From positions 1-43,583 of the forward strand of contig CAMAWO010000003.1 in NCBI GenBank assembly GCA_945861925.1: DNA of 43,583 nucleotides. The letters are read 5' to 3'. This stretch comes from Bifidobacterium breve. GTDB lineage: Bacteria > Actinomycetota > Actinomycetes > S36-B12. Position numbers and translations under genes: made by a program. Every line of letters starts with the position of its first letter. Positions within the stretch are counted from its first letter, which is position 1. Positions 29,234 to 39,159 of this stretch are shown here, piece by piece. The notes under the pieces are model-generated. The model had not been told where the DNA came from. It saw only the letters and a program-made list of their open reading frames with translations, and made no database searches.

Positions 29234-30079
29234 CCGTCACAAGCCGGCGCCGCTGTCGCAGGGACCGCAGAACATCGCGGCAGATGTCCGGGCGGTAGGG
29301 ACGTGAAGCGGGCCAGTCGAGGACTGGCGCAGTTGCGATCAGGACCTCGTCGAGGACTCGGCTGGCGATCTTCTGGGGCAGGCCGATTGCTTCTCCGAAC
29401 TCGAGCAGTTTCCTTCTTGAGAATCCGGATCTCCCGTCCAGCATCTACAGGGCCATCGTGGTGTCGCGGTAAGGCAAGGTAGACGGCAGGTCGTAGGCAG
29501 GGGAAACGCGCCAATCACCTTCACTCTTGAGGATCGAAAGGTTTTTCGCGTACACATCTCCGTTCCCGGTGAGCCATGCGAACACGAGTTGCCGGCCAGG
29601 GCCACTGGGTCGATAACGCCAGCAGAGTCGAGCAGGTCTTCGAAGGACAATTGGTCGAAATCCCGGTCGGCGACGACGAGTGGTTGCGGCTCATGAGGGA
29701 CCTCTCCCACAGGGAGAATGGTGACGTTGCCAACGGTGTCCGCTCCTACCGCTCGGAGCAGGGACAGGTCGTCATCGGCCGATGTCTTTACTGCCCGCCT
29801 CAGGTTCGACAGCCGCCGACCCTCCGGGAGAATGCCGGCGAAGTACGGAGCAACCGCACCCGCAGGGGTCAGCGTCGGGGTGTCGGACAGCGGGAGCGTG
29901 GTGGCGACTGCTTGACCCCCGTCCGTGAGGTAGTCGGGCAGATACCTGAACTCCACTCCGCCGGGCAGCCGTCGCAGTACTGCGGCGAGCCTGTCGCCCT
30001 TGAACACGTTCGCTTCTCGGACCGACGTCAATTCGTGCAGATTGGACCGAGGACTTCGGGGAGCGCTGACGGCGCTCAC
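29214..30079 (-). pseudogene. HipA kinase toxin pseudogene
   Basis: N-terminal FAGILPEG domain; large deletion/frameshift after ALAG (~29592); GNGDVYAKN (H to Y) and SPAYD; in-frame TAG near 29445. Confidence 0.85.
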
Positions 30080-30288
30080 TCGCAGACTCGCAGTCGCGCG
30101 GTCAGTTCGAGGCCGAGTACCTCAAGAACAGCTTGCACCCTGTCTAGTCGGACGGTGGCCTTGCCTTGCTTGAGACTGCGAATGAACCGAACAGATGTGC
30201 CTCACAGGTCGGCCAAGTCCTCCCGCACGAGTGCCAGGGATGCCCTCCTCGCCCGAACCTGCTCCGCCAGGCTGGCAGCCGAATCCAT
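30076..30288 (-). pseudogene. HipB-like Xre HTH antitoxin with in-frame TGA at 30202-30204
   Basis: MDSAASLAEQVRARRASLALVREDLADL*GTSVRFIRSLKQGKATVRLDRVQAVLEVLGLEL. Confidence 0.82.
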
Positions 30289-30322
30289 GAAACCTCCCTC
30301 GACCGGCACGATCGTGCCTCTC

Positions 30323-32344
30323 TCAGCCCTCGTTCTCGAGCAATGCGACGCCGCTGATTCGCGCGACCATGAATCCGCGAACCTGCTCCGTGCGGTGGTC
30401 AAACGCGGTGACCGTGCCTCCGCCGAGCCGAATCGGATCGATGATCTGCTCGGTCGTTGTCCCATCGGTGTCGGCGTAGCCGATCCACACGGGGGTTGCC
30501 TCGGCGATTGCCGTGCGAAGGGCTGCGACGATGACGGTGCTTGTCGTGGCTTTCACATGACTAACGCCGGCGGGCCCCGCGATGGTCGTCCGTCTCGGAG
30601 CATTGGCCGCTCGGTCTCCTGCCCGCAACCCCTTGATCGCCGCTGCGATGAGTGTTCCCGGGTCGGTGCGCGAAGCGGCGACCTTTCGATGACGCGGGCT
30701 GGCCGATCGATGCTGTCGTGGGTTACGCACGACGATGGTGCCGTCGGGGGACTCGGCTGCGGGCGCGTAACCTGCGCTGCGAAGACCGCTGATGAGTTCG
30801 GCGGACGGGGCCTGGCTCACGATAACCGTGTCGGCGATCCGGGAGAGGTCGAGGTTGCGAAGCCGACGATCGGTGAGAATCGCGGAAATGGTCGCCTCGT
30901 TGTCGCATCGCAGGTAACTCGAAGCCGTTCCGACCCGTACGGCCCCGTGACGTCGGGCGGTGTCATCGATGAGGTAGGCGAGGGGTTGGGGGAGCCCGGT
31001 CGTCGATGCTTCGGTGAGCACCCCGCGAATCTGAGCAGCGTCCCAGCCCGACTCGAGGGCGCGCTGGATAGACGATTCGCTGATTCGGTAGACGGTCGCA
31101 TGCCCCCTGGACTCGATCTCAGCGACCCGGCTCAGCGCCGCGCCAAGTCCCGGTTCGACCGGGCCTGGCGCGATGATCGTCATGTCTGCCTGGATGAGAA
31201 CGTGATCGACCTCCGCGGGCATGGCGCCGGTCATGGCCGCTGCCGCTCGCGCCTCGCGGCCCTTCGGCGACTCGGTGAGGAGTGCCCGCGCCGGACTGCT
31301 GAGCGCACCGCCAACGAGCATGCCGAGGAGCAGGCCCTCCGCAAGGGTTGCTCGAATGGCCTGCTCCCGGAGTTGGCCTGCCCTGCGGGGCTGACGGTCG
31401 TTCAGGACAGCGGATATTGAGGCCGGATCCACCAGGGCCCCGACCGGTGCCTCATTCATGAGGGACAGCACCGCAAGTCGAAGGCCGACGACCGCCTTGC
31501 GATCAAGCTCGTTGGAGAGGATGTTCGTTCGGTCAGAAGCAAGTGACGGCAAGCGCGGCATCGACAACCAGGCGACGGCAAGGGAAACCCATTGAGTGGG
31601 CGCGGTCGCCTCCTCCCAGAGGTCGAAGGCGTCAGTCGGTGTCCATGTCGGCCGCTCGTCCTGATCGTCGGCCAGGAGTCCAGCCGAATGCGCGAGCTCT
31701 ATGGATACCGAGGCGGTCGGGGCGTCAGTGTTGAGGAGTCGAATGGCCGCCGCGAAATCGCGGATGGCGAGCCCCCCGCTTCGCAGCACACCTGGCGGTT
31801 CTGCAGACCACGCCTCAAGCAGATCGCGAAGCTGGGCGATCGCCGCATGCGCGTGGCCGCCGGCCTGTTCGTCGACCTCGACCTGGCTCATGACCGATGT
31901 CCAGGTGAGCTGGGCGAGGGGCCACGCCGGCGCGGTAATGCCAGTCATGGCCTCGCGAACCGGGTGAATCGCCCGAACTGCCGTCGATGACCCCCATAAC
32001 AGGGCGAGGGAAATGAGTCGGTGAATGCTCGACGTGACGTCGCCACGCGCATCCGGGCTGATCTCCGCAACGGAGACCTCCGTCAGGTCGGTGATGCCGA
32101 CCGCGGCATCACCCGAGAGCCGTGCCGCCGTACTCAGGACGAACAGGTCGAGCGCAGTGAGCGAGTCGAGGCATCTGGAGACGGATGGCCCGCTCGTCGC
32201 CCGGGTCGCAAGGGCGGTGAAATCGGATGGCACCGGATGGAGCAGGTCCTGCCGCAAGGCGAGGAGATCGGCGATGTCGACGTCATCGCGCTGCCGCAGG
32301 GCATCGGCCAAGCTTCGCGGGGTTCCCTGCCTCGCCACTGTCAT
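30323..32344 (-). CDS. Helicase-associated domain protein (Rv0862c-like) with C-terminal WYL-like domain
   Basis: LIQADMTIIAPGP, VYRISESSI..AL..G, PQPLAYLIDD.ARRHG, WIGY. Confidence 0.9.
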   Translation of the reverse strand: MTVARQGTPRSLADALRQRDDVDIADLLALRQDLLHPVPSDFTALATRATSGPSVSRCLDSLTALDLFVLSTAARLSGDAAVGITDLTEVSVAEISPDARGDVTSSIHRLISLALLWGSSTAVRAIHPVREAMTGITAPAWPLAQLTWTSVMSQVEVDEQAGGHAHAAIAQLRDLLEAWSAEPPGVLRSGGLAIRDFAAAIRLLNTDAPTASVSIELAHSAGLLADDQDERPTWTPTDAFDLWEEATAPTQWVSLAVAWLSMPRLPSLASDRTNILSNELDRKAVVGLRLAVLSLMNEAPVGALVDPASISAVLNDRQPRRAGQLREQAIRATLAEGLLLGMLVGGALSSPARALLTESPKGREARAAAAMTGAMPAEVDHVLIQADMTIIAPGPVEPGLGAALSRVAEIESRGHATVYRISESSIQRALESGWDAAQIRGVLTEASTTGLPQPLAYLIDDTARRHGAVRVGTASSYLRCDNEATISAILTDRRLRNLDLSRIADTVIVSQAPSAELISGLRSAGYAPAAESPDGTIVVRNPRQHRSASPRHRKVAASRTDPGTLIAAAIKGLRAGDRAANAPRRTTIAGPAGVSHVKATTSTVIVAALRTAIAEATPVWIGYADTDGTTTEQIIDPIRLGGGTVTAFDHRTEQVRGFMVARISGVALLENEG

Positions 32345-32457
32345 GCCGTGCTTGTTTCGCCGTTGTCAAGCCCGACTGCCGCCGGCAGTGGGCGAGGCCG
32401 CATCCCGATGGTCACCCGAGGGAGCCTACGCGCCTGTGAGCCGGGTAGCCTCTGCTC

Positions 32458-32841
32458 ATGCCTACGGGAACTGTGAAGTGGTACGACGCGGACAAGGGTT
32501 TCGGCTTCATCTCATCAGATGAGGGTGACGACGTCTTCGTCCACATGTCGACGCTTCCGGAGGGAGTGGCCGCCCTCAAGCCCGGGAGCAAGCTCGAATT
32601 TGGCGTCGTCGACGGCCGCCGCGGGAAGCAGGCCCTGTCGGTCAAGGTTCTGAGCGCCCCAGCGTCCGTCGTCAAGGGATCTCGCAAGGACGCCGGCGAT
32701 CTTGCGGGCGTCATCGAGGACCTCATCAAGCTCCTCGACGGACTGTCGAATCAACTGCAGCGCGGTAAGTACCCGCCAGACGACATGGCGCGCAAGACAG
32801 CCGCGGTGCTCAGGGCCGTCGCGACCGACCTCGACATCTAA
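32458..32841 (+). CDS. Cold-shock domain protein with C-terminal extension (Rv0871-like)
   Basis: GTVKWYDADKGFGFI, VFVH. Confidence 0.93.
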   Translation: MPTGTVKWYDADKGFGFISSDEGDDVFVHMSTLPEGVAALKPGSKLEFGVVDGRRGKQALSVKVLSAPASVVKGSRKDAGDLAGVIEDLIKLLDGLSNQLQRGKYPPDDMARKTAAVLRAVATDLDI

Positions 32842-32843
32842 CC

Positions 32844-33019
32844 CTCCCCGTTTGTCCCATGAACTGGGGCAACGAGCAGAATTTCGCTGTTTCTGAGTCG
32901 GAGTCTACTGCTTGTCCCAGATTGGCCCTTCGGCGTCTGGACTGGGACAACGAGCAGAATCGGGGTGAAAATTGCTGAAATTGTGCCGGATCTCCCATGA
33001 GATGGGACAAACGGGGGAG
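32844..33019. repeat. MITE-like element with ~17-bp terminal inverted repeats
   Basis: CTCCCCGTTTGTCCCAT / ATGGGACAAACGGGGGAG; internal direct repeat ACTGGG(G/A)CAACGAGCAGAAT at 32863 and 32941. Confidence 0.8.
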
Positions 33020-33039
33020 TGGTGGGGGTTTTGGTTGGT

Positions 33040-34095
33040 ATGGGCCACAATGAGCCTGTGGAGATCCTGAGCGTGGACCTGGCCCTCGATGAGGCGCTTG
33101 CCGCCGCTGTCGAATTTGCTCACGATGCGGTTGCCGCCGAGGTGGGCGCTGACCGAGTGGGCGAGCATCTCGAGGTCGCAATGGAGGACGAACGACTCGC
33201 CACTCATCAGTTCAATTGCACGAGCCCCGGCTACCGAGGCTGGCGCTGGGCCGTGACCTTGGCCCGCACCCCTGACTCCCCGGACCCGACCGTCTGCGAT
33301 GTCGTCCTGCTGCCCGGCCCTGACGCCCTTGTCGCCCCTTCCTGGGTTCCGTGGAGTGAGCGGGTGCAACCTGGCGACCTCGGTGTCGGAGACCTTTTCC
33401 CGACCGGCGCCCAGGACCCTCGACTGGTCGCCGGGTTCACCGATGAAGACGACCTCGATGGCGTCGGTTCGCAGTCCCCGTTGTTGCCGAGCACCTGGGA
33501 GCTTGGCCTTGGTCGTGCTCGGGTGCTCTCCCAGATCGGACGCGACGACGCTGCGGACCGCTGGTATGCGGGCGAAATGGGCCCGGACTCGGCGATGGCG
33601 AAGAGTGCGCCACTCACCTGCCTGACCTGCGGGTTCCTCATGCCGATGGGTGGGGCGTTTGGCCAGATGTTCGCCGTCTGCGCGAACGTTATGGCACCCG
33701 CCGATGGCCGCGTCGTAGCCCTCGATTACGGCTGCGGTGCCCACTCAGAGGTGCAGGTCGACGAGGTAGTAGACGATGTTGTGGACGATGTTGTGGACGA
33801 GGGAGCCGCTGAGGAGGCCCTTGCTGATGAGCTCACGTTCGACGACGAGGTGATGGACGACGCCGCGCTCGCGTTGGATCCGGAGCCAGGTGATGAACAC
33901 GTGGGAAGCGATGCCGGCGAATTGACGCCCGACCCGCACGACGATGATGTCCTCGAGGTCGAAGGCGTGCTCCCTGACGATGCAGGCACGCAGGATGCAC
34001 CTGAGGGGCCGGAAACTGTGACAGAACCTGTCGAACCCGTCGCTCCGGCCAAGCGGCCACGTGGCCGCGGTTGGCTCAGGGGTCGTTCAACCTAG
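33040..34095 (+). CDS. DUF3027 domain protein with acidic tail (start uncertain)
   Basis: PGYRGWRW, WVPWSERV.PGDLG, CxxC, GCGAHSE. Confidence 0.9.
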   Translation: MGHNEPVEILSVDLALDEALAAAVEFAHDAVAAEVGADRVGEHLEVAMEDERLATHQFNCTSPGYRGWRWAVTLARTPDSPDPTVCDVVLLPGPDALVAPSWVPWSERVQPGDLGVGDLFPTGAQDPRLVAGFTDEDDLDGVGSQSPLLPSTWELGLGRARVLSQIGRDDAADRWYAGEMGPDSAMAKSAPLTCLTCGFLMPMGGAFGQMFAVCANVMAPADGRVVALDYGCGAHSEVQVDEVVDDVVDDVVDEGAAEEALADELTFDDEVMDDAALALDPEPGDEHVGSDAGELTPDPHDDDVLEVEGVLPDDAGTQDAPEGPETVTEPVEPVAPAKRPRGRGWLRGRST

Positions 34096-34310
34096 GAGCG
34101 ATGGGCTCGGCGTTGCCTACGCCGAAGGTAGAGGATCCCGCCCACACCGCTGATGATGGCGACGGCGCAGGTTCCGAGCCACCAGTCGCTGCCCTGCGGG
34201 ATTCGATCGCGCAGGACGAGCAGGACAACGCCGACCACCAGCCAGATGATGGTCCCGGTGCTCACTGCGACGAGTGCGTCGTCCTTCGCATGGTTCGTCT
34301 CGGCGGGCAT
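34092..34310 (-). CDS. DUF2530-like small membrane protein
   Basis: Two TM helices, WWLGTC; usual position next to DUF3027. Confidence 0.7.
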   Translation of the reverse strand: MPAETNHAKDDALVAVSTGTIIWLVVGVVLLVLRDRIPQGSDWWLGTCAVAIISGVGGILYLRRRQRRAHRS

Positions 34311-34369
34311 GTTTCCTACGCTACTCTGCGCGCGGTACACCGACCACCATGCGCCGAACAGGAGGAGTC

Positions 34370-35827
34370 ATGGCTGCAGATGCCCCATCCCGGCCTTCGG
34401 GCCGAATCGATATCTGGTTCTCGCTGTCGGCTCGAGGGTCAACATACGGCCGCGAGATTCGCGGGGGACTCGTCACCTTCTTCACCATGGCGTACATCGT
34501 TGTCCTCAACCCCCTCATCATCGGTACCTCCAAGGACATGAACGGCCTCTACGTCGGAGGCACGGACAACATGATCAAGGCGATCACGATGGTGACGGCA
34601 GCGACCGCGCTCGTCGCCGGGCTCATGACGATTCTCATGGGCGCGATTGGCCGGTTCCCGATAGCGGTTGCCGCCGGCCTTGGCCTGAATGGCTTTGTCG
34701 CATTCACCCTGGCCCCCCGGATGACCTGGGCTGATGCGATGGGCCTCGTCGTCCTCGAAGGGGTGCTCATCCTCATCCTCGCGCTCACCGGGTTCAGATC
34801 AGCGGTCTTCACCGCCGTGCCGGAGCCCTTGAAATACGCGATCGGCGTCGGGATCGGCCTGTTCATCACGATTATTGGCCTCGTTGACGCGGGGGTCGTC
34901 CGAACTGGCGTGCCGCTCGTGTCCTTCGGGGTTGCTGGTGAATTGCAAGGCTGGCCGATATTCACCTTCTGTGCTGGCCTCTTCATCACGATTGTCCTCG
35001 TTGTTCGCAAGGTGATGGGAGCCATCCTCATCGGCATCGTTGCGACGACCGTGTTGGCGATCGCCATTGAGGCATTCGTGGGCATTGGCGGCAGGTCAAT
35101 CACCAATGAGGATGGTTGGGGGTTGAACGTTCCGGTCCTCCCCGAATCGGTGCTCGCCGTGCCAGACCTCGGACTCCTTGGGCAGTTCAGCCTCTTCGGT
35201 AGCTTTGAGGTGATTGGCGTCCTCGCCTCACTTCTGGCGATCTTCTCCCTCATGCTCAGTGACTTCTTCGACACGATGGGTACAGCATTCGGCCTCGCCA
35301 CTGAGGCCGACCTCATTGACGATGAGGGAAGGATCCCCCACTTCGAGAGCATCCTCGTCGTCGACTCGATTGCGGCGGCAGCGGGTGGCGCCGCCTCAGT
35401 GTCGAGCAATACGGCCTATGTTGAGTCCGCTTCAGGTATCGCGGAGGGTGCACGCACGGGGGTCGCCTCGCTTGTCACCGGCGCACTCTTTCTCGTCGCG
35501 ATGTTCTTCTCGCCCCTTGTCACGATCATCCCCTACGAGGCGGCGTCGCCGGCACTTGTCGTCGTCGGCTTCCTCATGATGACGCAGATCCGTCATATCG
35601 ACTTCAGCGACTACTCGATCGGGATTCCGGCCTTCCTCACCATCGTGATCATGCCGTTCACCTACTCCATCACCAATGGGATCGGCGCCGGATTCGTCTC
35701 ATGGCTGGTAATCAAGATCTTCACCGGAAAGGCTAGTGAAGTGAACTGGCTGATGTGGGTGATTTCGCTCGCCTTCCTCGCCTACTTCGGGATCTATCCA
35801 ATCGAGTTGGTGCTCGGACTGAAGTAG
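34370..35827 (+). CDS. NCS2 family (AzgA-like) purine permease
   Basis: TFFTMAYIVVLNP, DFFDTMGT, YVES..G..GARTG, PFTYSI; GGAGG RBS. Confidence 0.93.
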   Translation: MAADAPSRPSGRIDIWFSLSARGSTYGREIRGGLVTFFTMAYIVVLNPLIIGTSKDMNGLYVGGTDNMIKAITMVTAATALVAGLMTILMGAIGRFPIAVAAGLGLNGFVAFTLAPRMTWADAMGLVVLEGVLILILALTGFRSAVFTAVPEPLKYAIGVGIGLFITIIGLVDAGVVRTGVPLVSFGVAGELQGWPIFTFCAGLFITIVLVVRKVMGAILIGIVATTVLAIAIEAFVGIGGRSITNEDGWGLNVPVLPESVLAVPDLGLLGQFSLFGSFEVIGVLASLLAIFSLMLSDFFDTMGTAFGLATEADLIDDEGRIPHFESILVVDSIAAAAGGAASVSSNTAYVESASGIAEGARTGVASLVTGALFLVAMFFSPLVTIIPYEAASPALVVVGFLMMTQIRHIDFSDYSIGIPAFLTIVIMPFTYSITNGIGAGFVSWLVIKIFTGKASEVNWLMWVISLAFLAYFGIYPIELVLGLK

Positions 35828-35837
35828 CCTTGAAGAC

Positions 35838-35927
35838 ATGAGTCCCCGAGCGCGACGAATGGTGACGCTCGCTGTGCTCGGCTCGCTGGTGGCGGCGGTG
35901 CTCATCGCCGCCGCGCTTGGGCGTTGA
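35838..35927 (+). CDS. 29-aa single-TM small protein MSPRARRMVTLAVLGSLVAAVLIAAALGR
   Basis: Fills the intergenic gap; its TGA overlaps the TTG start of the next gene; basic N-terminus plus hydrophobic helix. Confidence 0.5.
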   Translation: MSPRARRMVTLAVLGSLVAAVLIAAALGR

Positions 35928-36808
35928 ACGGTGCACGAAGGGCCGCGATCCCTGCGGGGATCATGGCTCTGAGCGCGATCCTTGCCCTCAGTTTGCTCGT
36001 GGCCACACCGGCAATGGCAACTGGCGACGTTGTGTGCCGGTTTTCCGATTCGCGGTTCACCGAGATCAGCGGCATGGCGCCTTCGATTCGTCACCCGGAC
36101 GTCCTGTGGATCCACAATGATTCAGGGGGCGGCCCGCGCCTGTTCGCCGTCGATTCGACAACCTGCGAGACCCTTGCAACAGTCACCGTTCGAGGTGCCC
36201 GGGCCCGGGATTTCGAGGCGATCGCCTCGGGACGCGATGCGCAGGGCAAGCCGGTGCTCTGGCTCGGCGACATCGGCGACAATCTCGACTCCTGGGGCTC
36301 CGTTGAGGTTCTCGCGATCAAGGAGCCTAAGCGACTCCGCACAAGGAGCGTGTCGGCGAAGCCCTTCTCCATCACCTATGACGATCGCCCGCACAATGCC
36401 GAGGCGCTGCTGGCCTCCCCGCGGGACGGACGTCTGTGGGTGGTGACGAAGCAACTGGCCCACGGGTCGCTCTACCGGTTGCCATCCCCGCTGCGTTCGG
36501 GCGCCCTGAACGTGGCGAAGAAGATTCGCGTCGAAGGCGGGCTCATCACCGATGGCGCGGTGTCGCCCCAAGGGGATCGGTACGTCCTGCGCGATTATGT
36601 CGATGCCGTCATCTACCAAGGGTTACCGCCGGGCAGGGAGGTGGCGCGCATCCGCCTGCCCTATCAGACCCAAGGCGAGGCGATCAGTTGGTCCGGTGAC
36701 GGCCGATCGCTCCTGGTGACCAGTGAGCGCGACGATCGCCTTATTCGAGTGTCGGTACCCCTCGTGCTGCGCCCGGCTGATCAGGAACCGGTCGAACGAC
36801 CAGAATAA
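35924..36808 (+). CDS. Secreted beta-propeller-like hypothetical protein
   Basis: EISG, WIHNDSG, DFEAI, GDIGDN, NAEAL, QGEAI motifs; signal peptide. Confidence 0.75.
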   Translation: MNGARRAAIPAGIMALSAILALSLLVATPAMATGDVVCRFSDSRFTEISGMAPSIRHPDVLWIHNDSGGGPRLFAVDSTTCETLATVTVRGARARDFEAIASGRDAQGKPVLWLGDIGDNLDSWGSVEVLAIKEPKRLRTRSVSAKPFSITYDDRPHNAEALLASPRDGRLWVVTKQLAHGSLYRLPSPLRSGALNVAKKIRVEGGLITDGAVSPQGDRYVLRDYVDAVIYQGLPPGREVARIRLPYQTQGEAISWSGDGRSLLVTSERDDRLIRVSVPLVLRPADQEPVERPE

Positions 36809-37952
36809 CGAGCGCGATGACGAGGAATGCAGGAACGAGCAGGAACGCCTCATGGAACCCGATCGCATCGGAAAGTGCACCGAGGCCGAAGGGTGCGAGG
36901 GCAATGGCGATGCTGCCTGCGATGGACGCAGCGGCTGCTGCGTGATCGGTGAGGCCGCCTGACGAGCGAACTGCGCGGGCAAGCCCTAGCGGCCAGTGGA
37001 CCCCGATCCCAATCCCGGTGATGAGCATGCCAAGGATGACGATGGGCCACTCGGTGAAACCCTAGGCGAGTGCGAACCCGAAGAGCGCCAGCACGATCGA
37101 GCCCTTAAGGATGGACTCGGTGTTGAAGCGAATGGCGAGCCTAGACCCGAAGGAGCGTCCGATGAACATGCCTCCGACGACCGCCGCGAGGGAGGAGGCT
37201 GCGGCAGCGGGGCCGAAGTTGCAGCGCTCCCGCAGGAGGTCAGCGCCCCAGAAGGTGAGGGAGAACTCGGTCGCAAGGAAGCACATGAGCGCGGCGAGCG
37301 TCCAGTAGACGCGACGAGGTAGGTGACGCCCGTCGTGATGCCGGGCGACTCCGCCCGCCTGCCCGAACACGGCGACTTGCCTTCCGCGGATGATCTCTGT
37401 GATAACAAAAGCAACCACCACGGACCACATGCCGAATCTCCAGCCCAACAGGGTGGCGACACCGATGCCGACGACCAGCGGAGCGATGAGCCCGGCAAAT
37501 GAGGCCAACGCAGTCGACTCGGTGAGTGAGGAGGGGCCCGCCTCGCCCTGATGGTCGAGGATGAAGGCGTTCAAAGATATAAGGAGAATTGCGCCGGCGA
37601 ATCCGGCGAAGAAGATGCCGGACAGCGTGACGGGGAGGCCACCTGGTGCGGTGTAGACCAAGATCCCGGCAGCGGTCGCGATTGTCGCGATGCGCACGAC
37701 ATGTCCTCGGCCCCACCGATCGATGACCCGGGCCGCGAGTAGGCCACCGAGGAGTCCTCCAAACGCCAGGAGGCTCGCGTGGACCGATGACACCGAGCGT
37801 GACGTGCCCTGCTCGTCACGCAGCAGCGCCAGCGTTGCACCGAAGGAGTAAAGGAACCATGCGTAGCAGCACATTTGCGCATAGGCGATCCACGTGGGAC
37901 GGTCGCGCACCGGGGTCGTGCTGAGTCGCGTGACGACTGCCCCCTCGTTCAT
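36741..37952 (-). pseudogene. MFS transporter interrupted by a single in-frame TAG at 37062-37064
   Basis: FALA*GFTEWPIV continues in frame to APFGLGALSDAIG; IDRWGR loop motif. Confidence 0.8.
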
Positions 37953-37965
37953 GTCGTGAACGCCA

Positions 37966-39090
37966 CTACTGCAACTGCCCAATGACGTGGTCGATCGAGT
38001 GCATGAGCTGGCGGACGTCGTCAGGCTCGACCGCCGGGAAAACCGCGATGCGCAATTGGTTTCTTCCGAGCTTACGGTACGGCTCGGTGTCTAGGATGCC
38101 ATGAGCCCGCAGAGTCTGTGCGATGACGGCTGCGTCGATGGCCTCATCGATATCGATGGTGGCGACGACTCCTGACCGCTTCGCCGGATCGGTGACGAAA
38201 GGGGCCGCGACGCTGCTCGCCTCAGCCCAGTCGTAGACGATGCCTGAGGACTCATTCGTGCGGGCCACGCACCAGTCGAGCCCGCCATTGGCATTGAACC
38301 AGTCGACCTGCTCGGCCATCATGAGGATGGTGGCGAGGGCAGGTGTGTTGTAGGTCTGGTCCTGGCGCGAGTTGTCGATCGCGGTCTGCAGGTCGAGGAA
38401 GGGCGAGATCCACCGGTTGCTCGCCTTGATCCGGGCCGCACGTTCGATCGCGGTCGGCGACATGAGCGCGAACCACAGTCCGCCGTCGGAGCCGAAGCTC
38501 TTCTGCGGAGCGAAATAGTAGGTGTCGAACTGCTCCGGATCGACGGCTAGGCCACCGGCGCCCGAGGTGGCGTCGATGATCATCAGGGAGCCTGCGTCGG
38601 CTTCGGTGACCCGCTGGGGCGTGATCGCGACGCCGGTGGAGGTTTCGTTATGCGGGCTGCAGTAGGCGTCGATGCCAGGCTCGGCTCGGAATGCTGGTGC
38701 GTCGCCCGGGTCCGAGGTGATGATCGTGGGATTGCCGAGGAAGGGTGCTTCCTGAACCCCGCTCGCAAACTTCGCGCCGAACTCGCCGAAGGTGAGGAAC
38801 TGGGCGCGGTCCTCGATGAGCCCGAAGGCTGCGATGTCCCAGAAGGCGGTGGACCCGCCGTTGCCGAGGACGACCTCGTAGCCCTTGGGGAGGGAGAAGA
38901 ACGAGGCGAGCCCGGTACGAAGTCGCCCGACCTGCGACTTCACGGTTGGCTGGCGGTGTGATGTGCCGAGGTATGACTGCCAGACGCCAGCCAGTGCAGC
39001 GACCTGCTCCTCACGCACCTTTGATGGGCCCGATCCGAACCGGCCGTCGGATGGGAGGAGGTCGGCGGGGATTCGGATTGCGTCGGTCAC
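37966..39090 (-). CDS. serC: Phosphoserine aminotransferase (actinobacterial type)
   Basis: GRFGSGPSKVR, GTSHRQ, HNETSTG, YYFAPQK, QTYNTP. Confidence 0.95.
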   Translation of the reverse strand: MTDAIRIPADLLPSDGRFGSGPSKVREEQVAALAGVWQSYLGTSHRQPTVKSQVGRLRTGLASFFSLPKGYEVVLGNGGSTAFWDIAAFGLIEDRAQFLTFGEFGAKFASGVQEAPFLGNPTIITSDPGDAPAFRAEPGIDAYCSPHNETSTGVAITPQRVTEADAGSLMIIDATSGAGGLAVDPEQFDTYYFAPQKSFGSDGGLWFALMSPTAIERAARIKASNRWISPFLDLQTAIDNSRQDQTYNTPALATILMMAEQVDWFNANGGLDWCVARTNESSGIVYDWAEASSVAAPFVTDPAKRSGVVATIDIDEAIDAAVIAQTLRAHGILDTEPYRKLGRNQLRIAVFPAVEPDDVRQLMHSIDHVIGQLQ

Positions 39091-39159
39091 GTTGGAGCTC
39101 CGGTCTGTGGGGTCGAGGACATTGCGAGCGAGGTCAGGCGAGGATCGATGCAGTGCTGG

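Noticed and set aside
29576-31420. 614-aa plus-strand ORF
   Set aside because: Antisense to hipBA and the helicase-associated gene; Arg/Gly-rich shadow.
33769-33800. Short tandem GACGATGTTGTG repeats in DUF3027
   Set aside because: Low-complexity acidic linker coding sequence.
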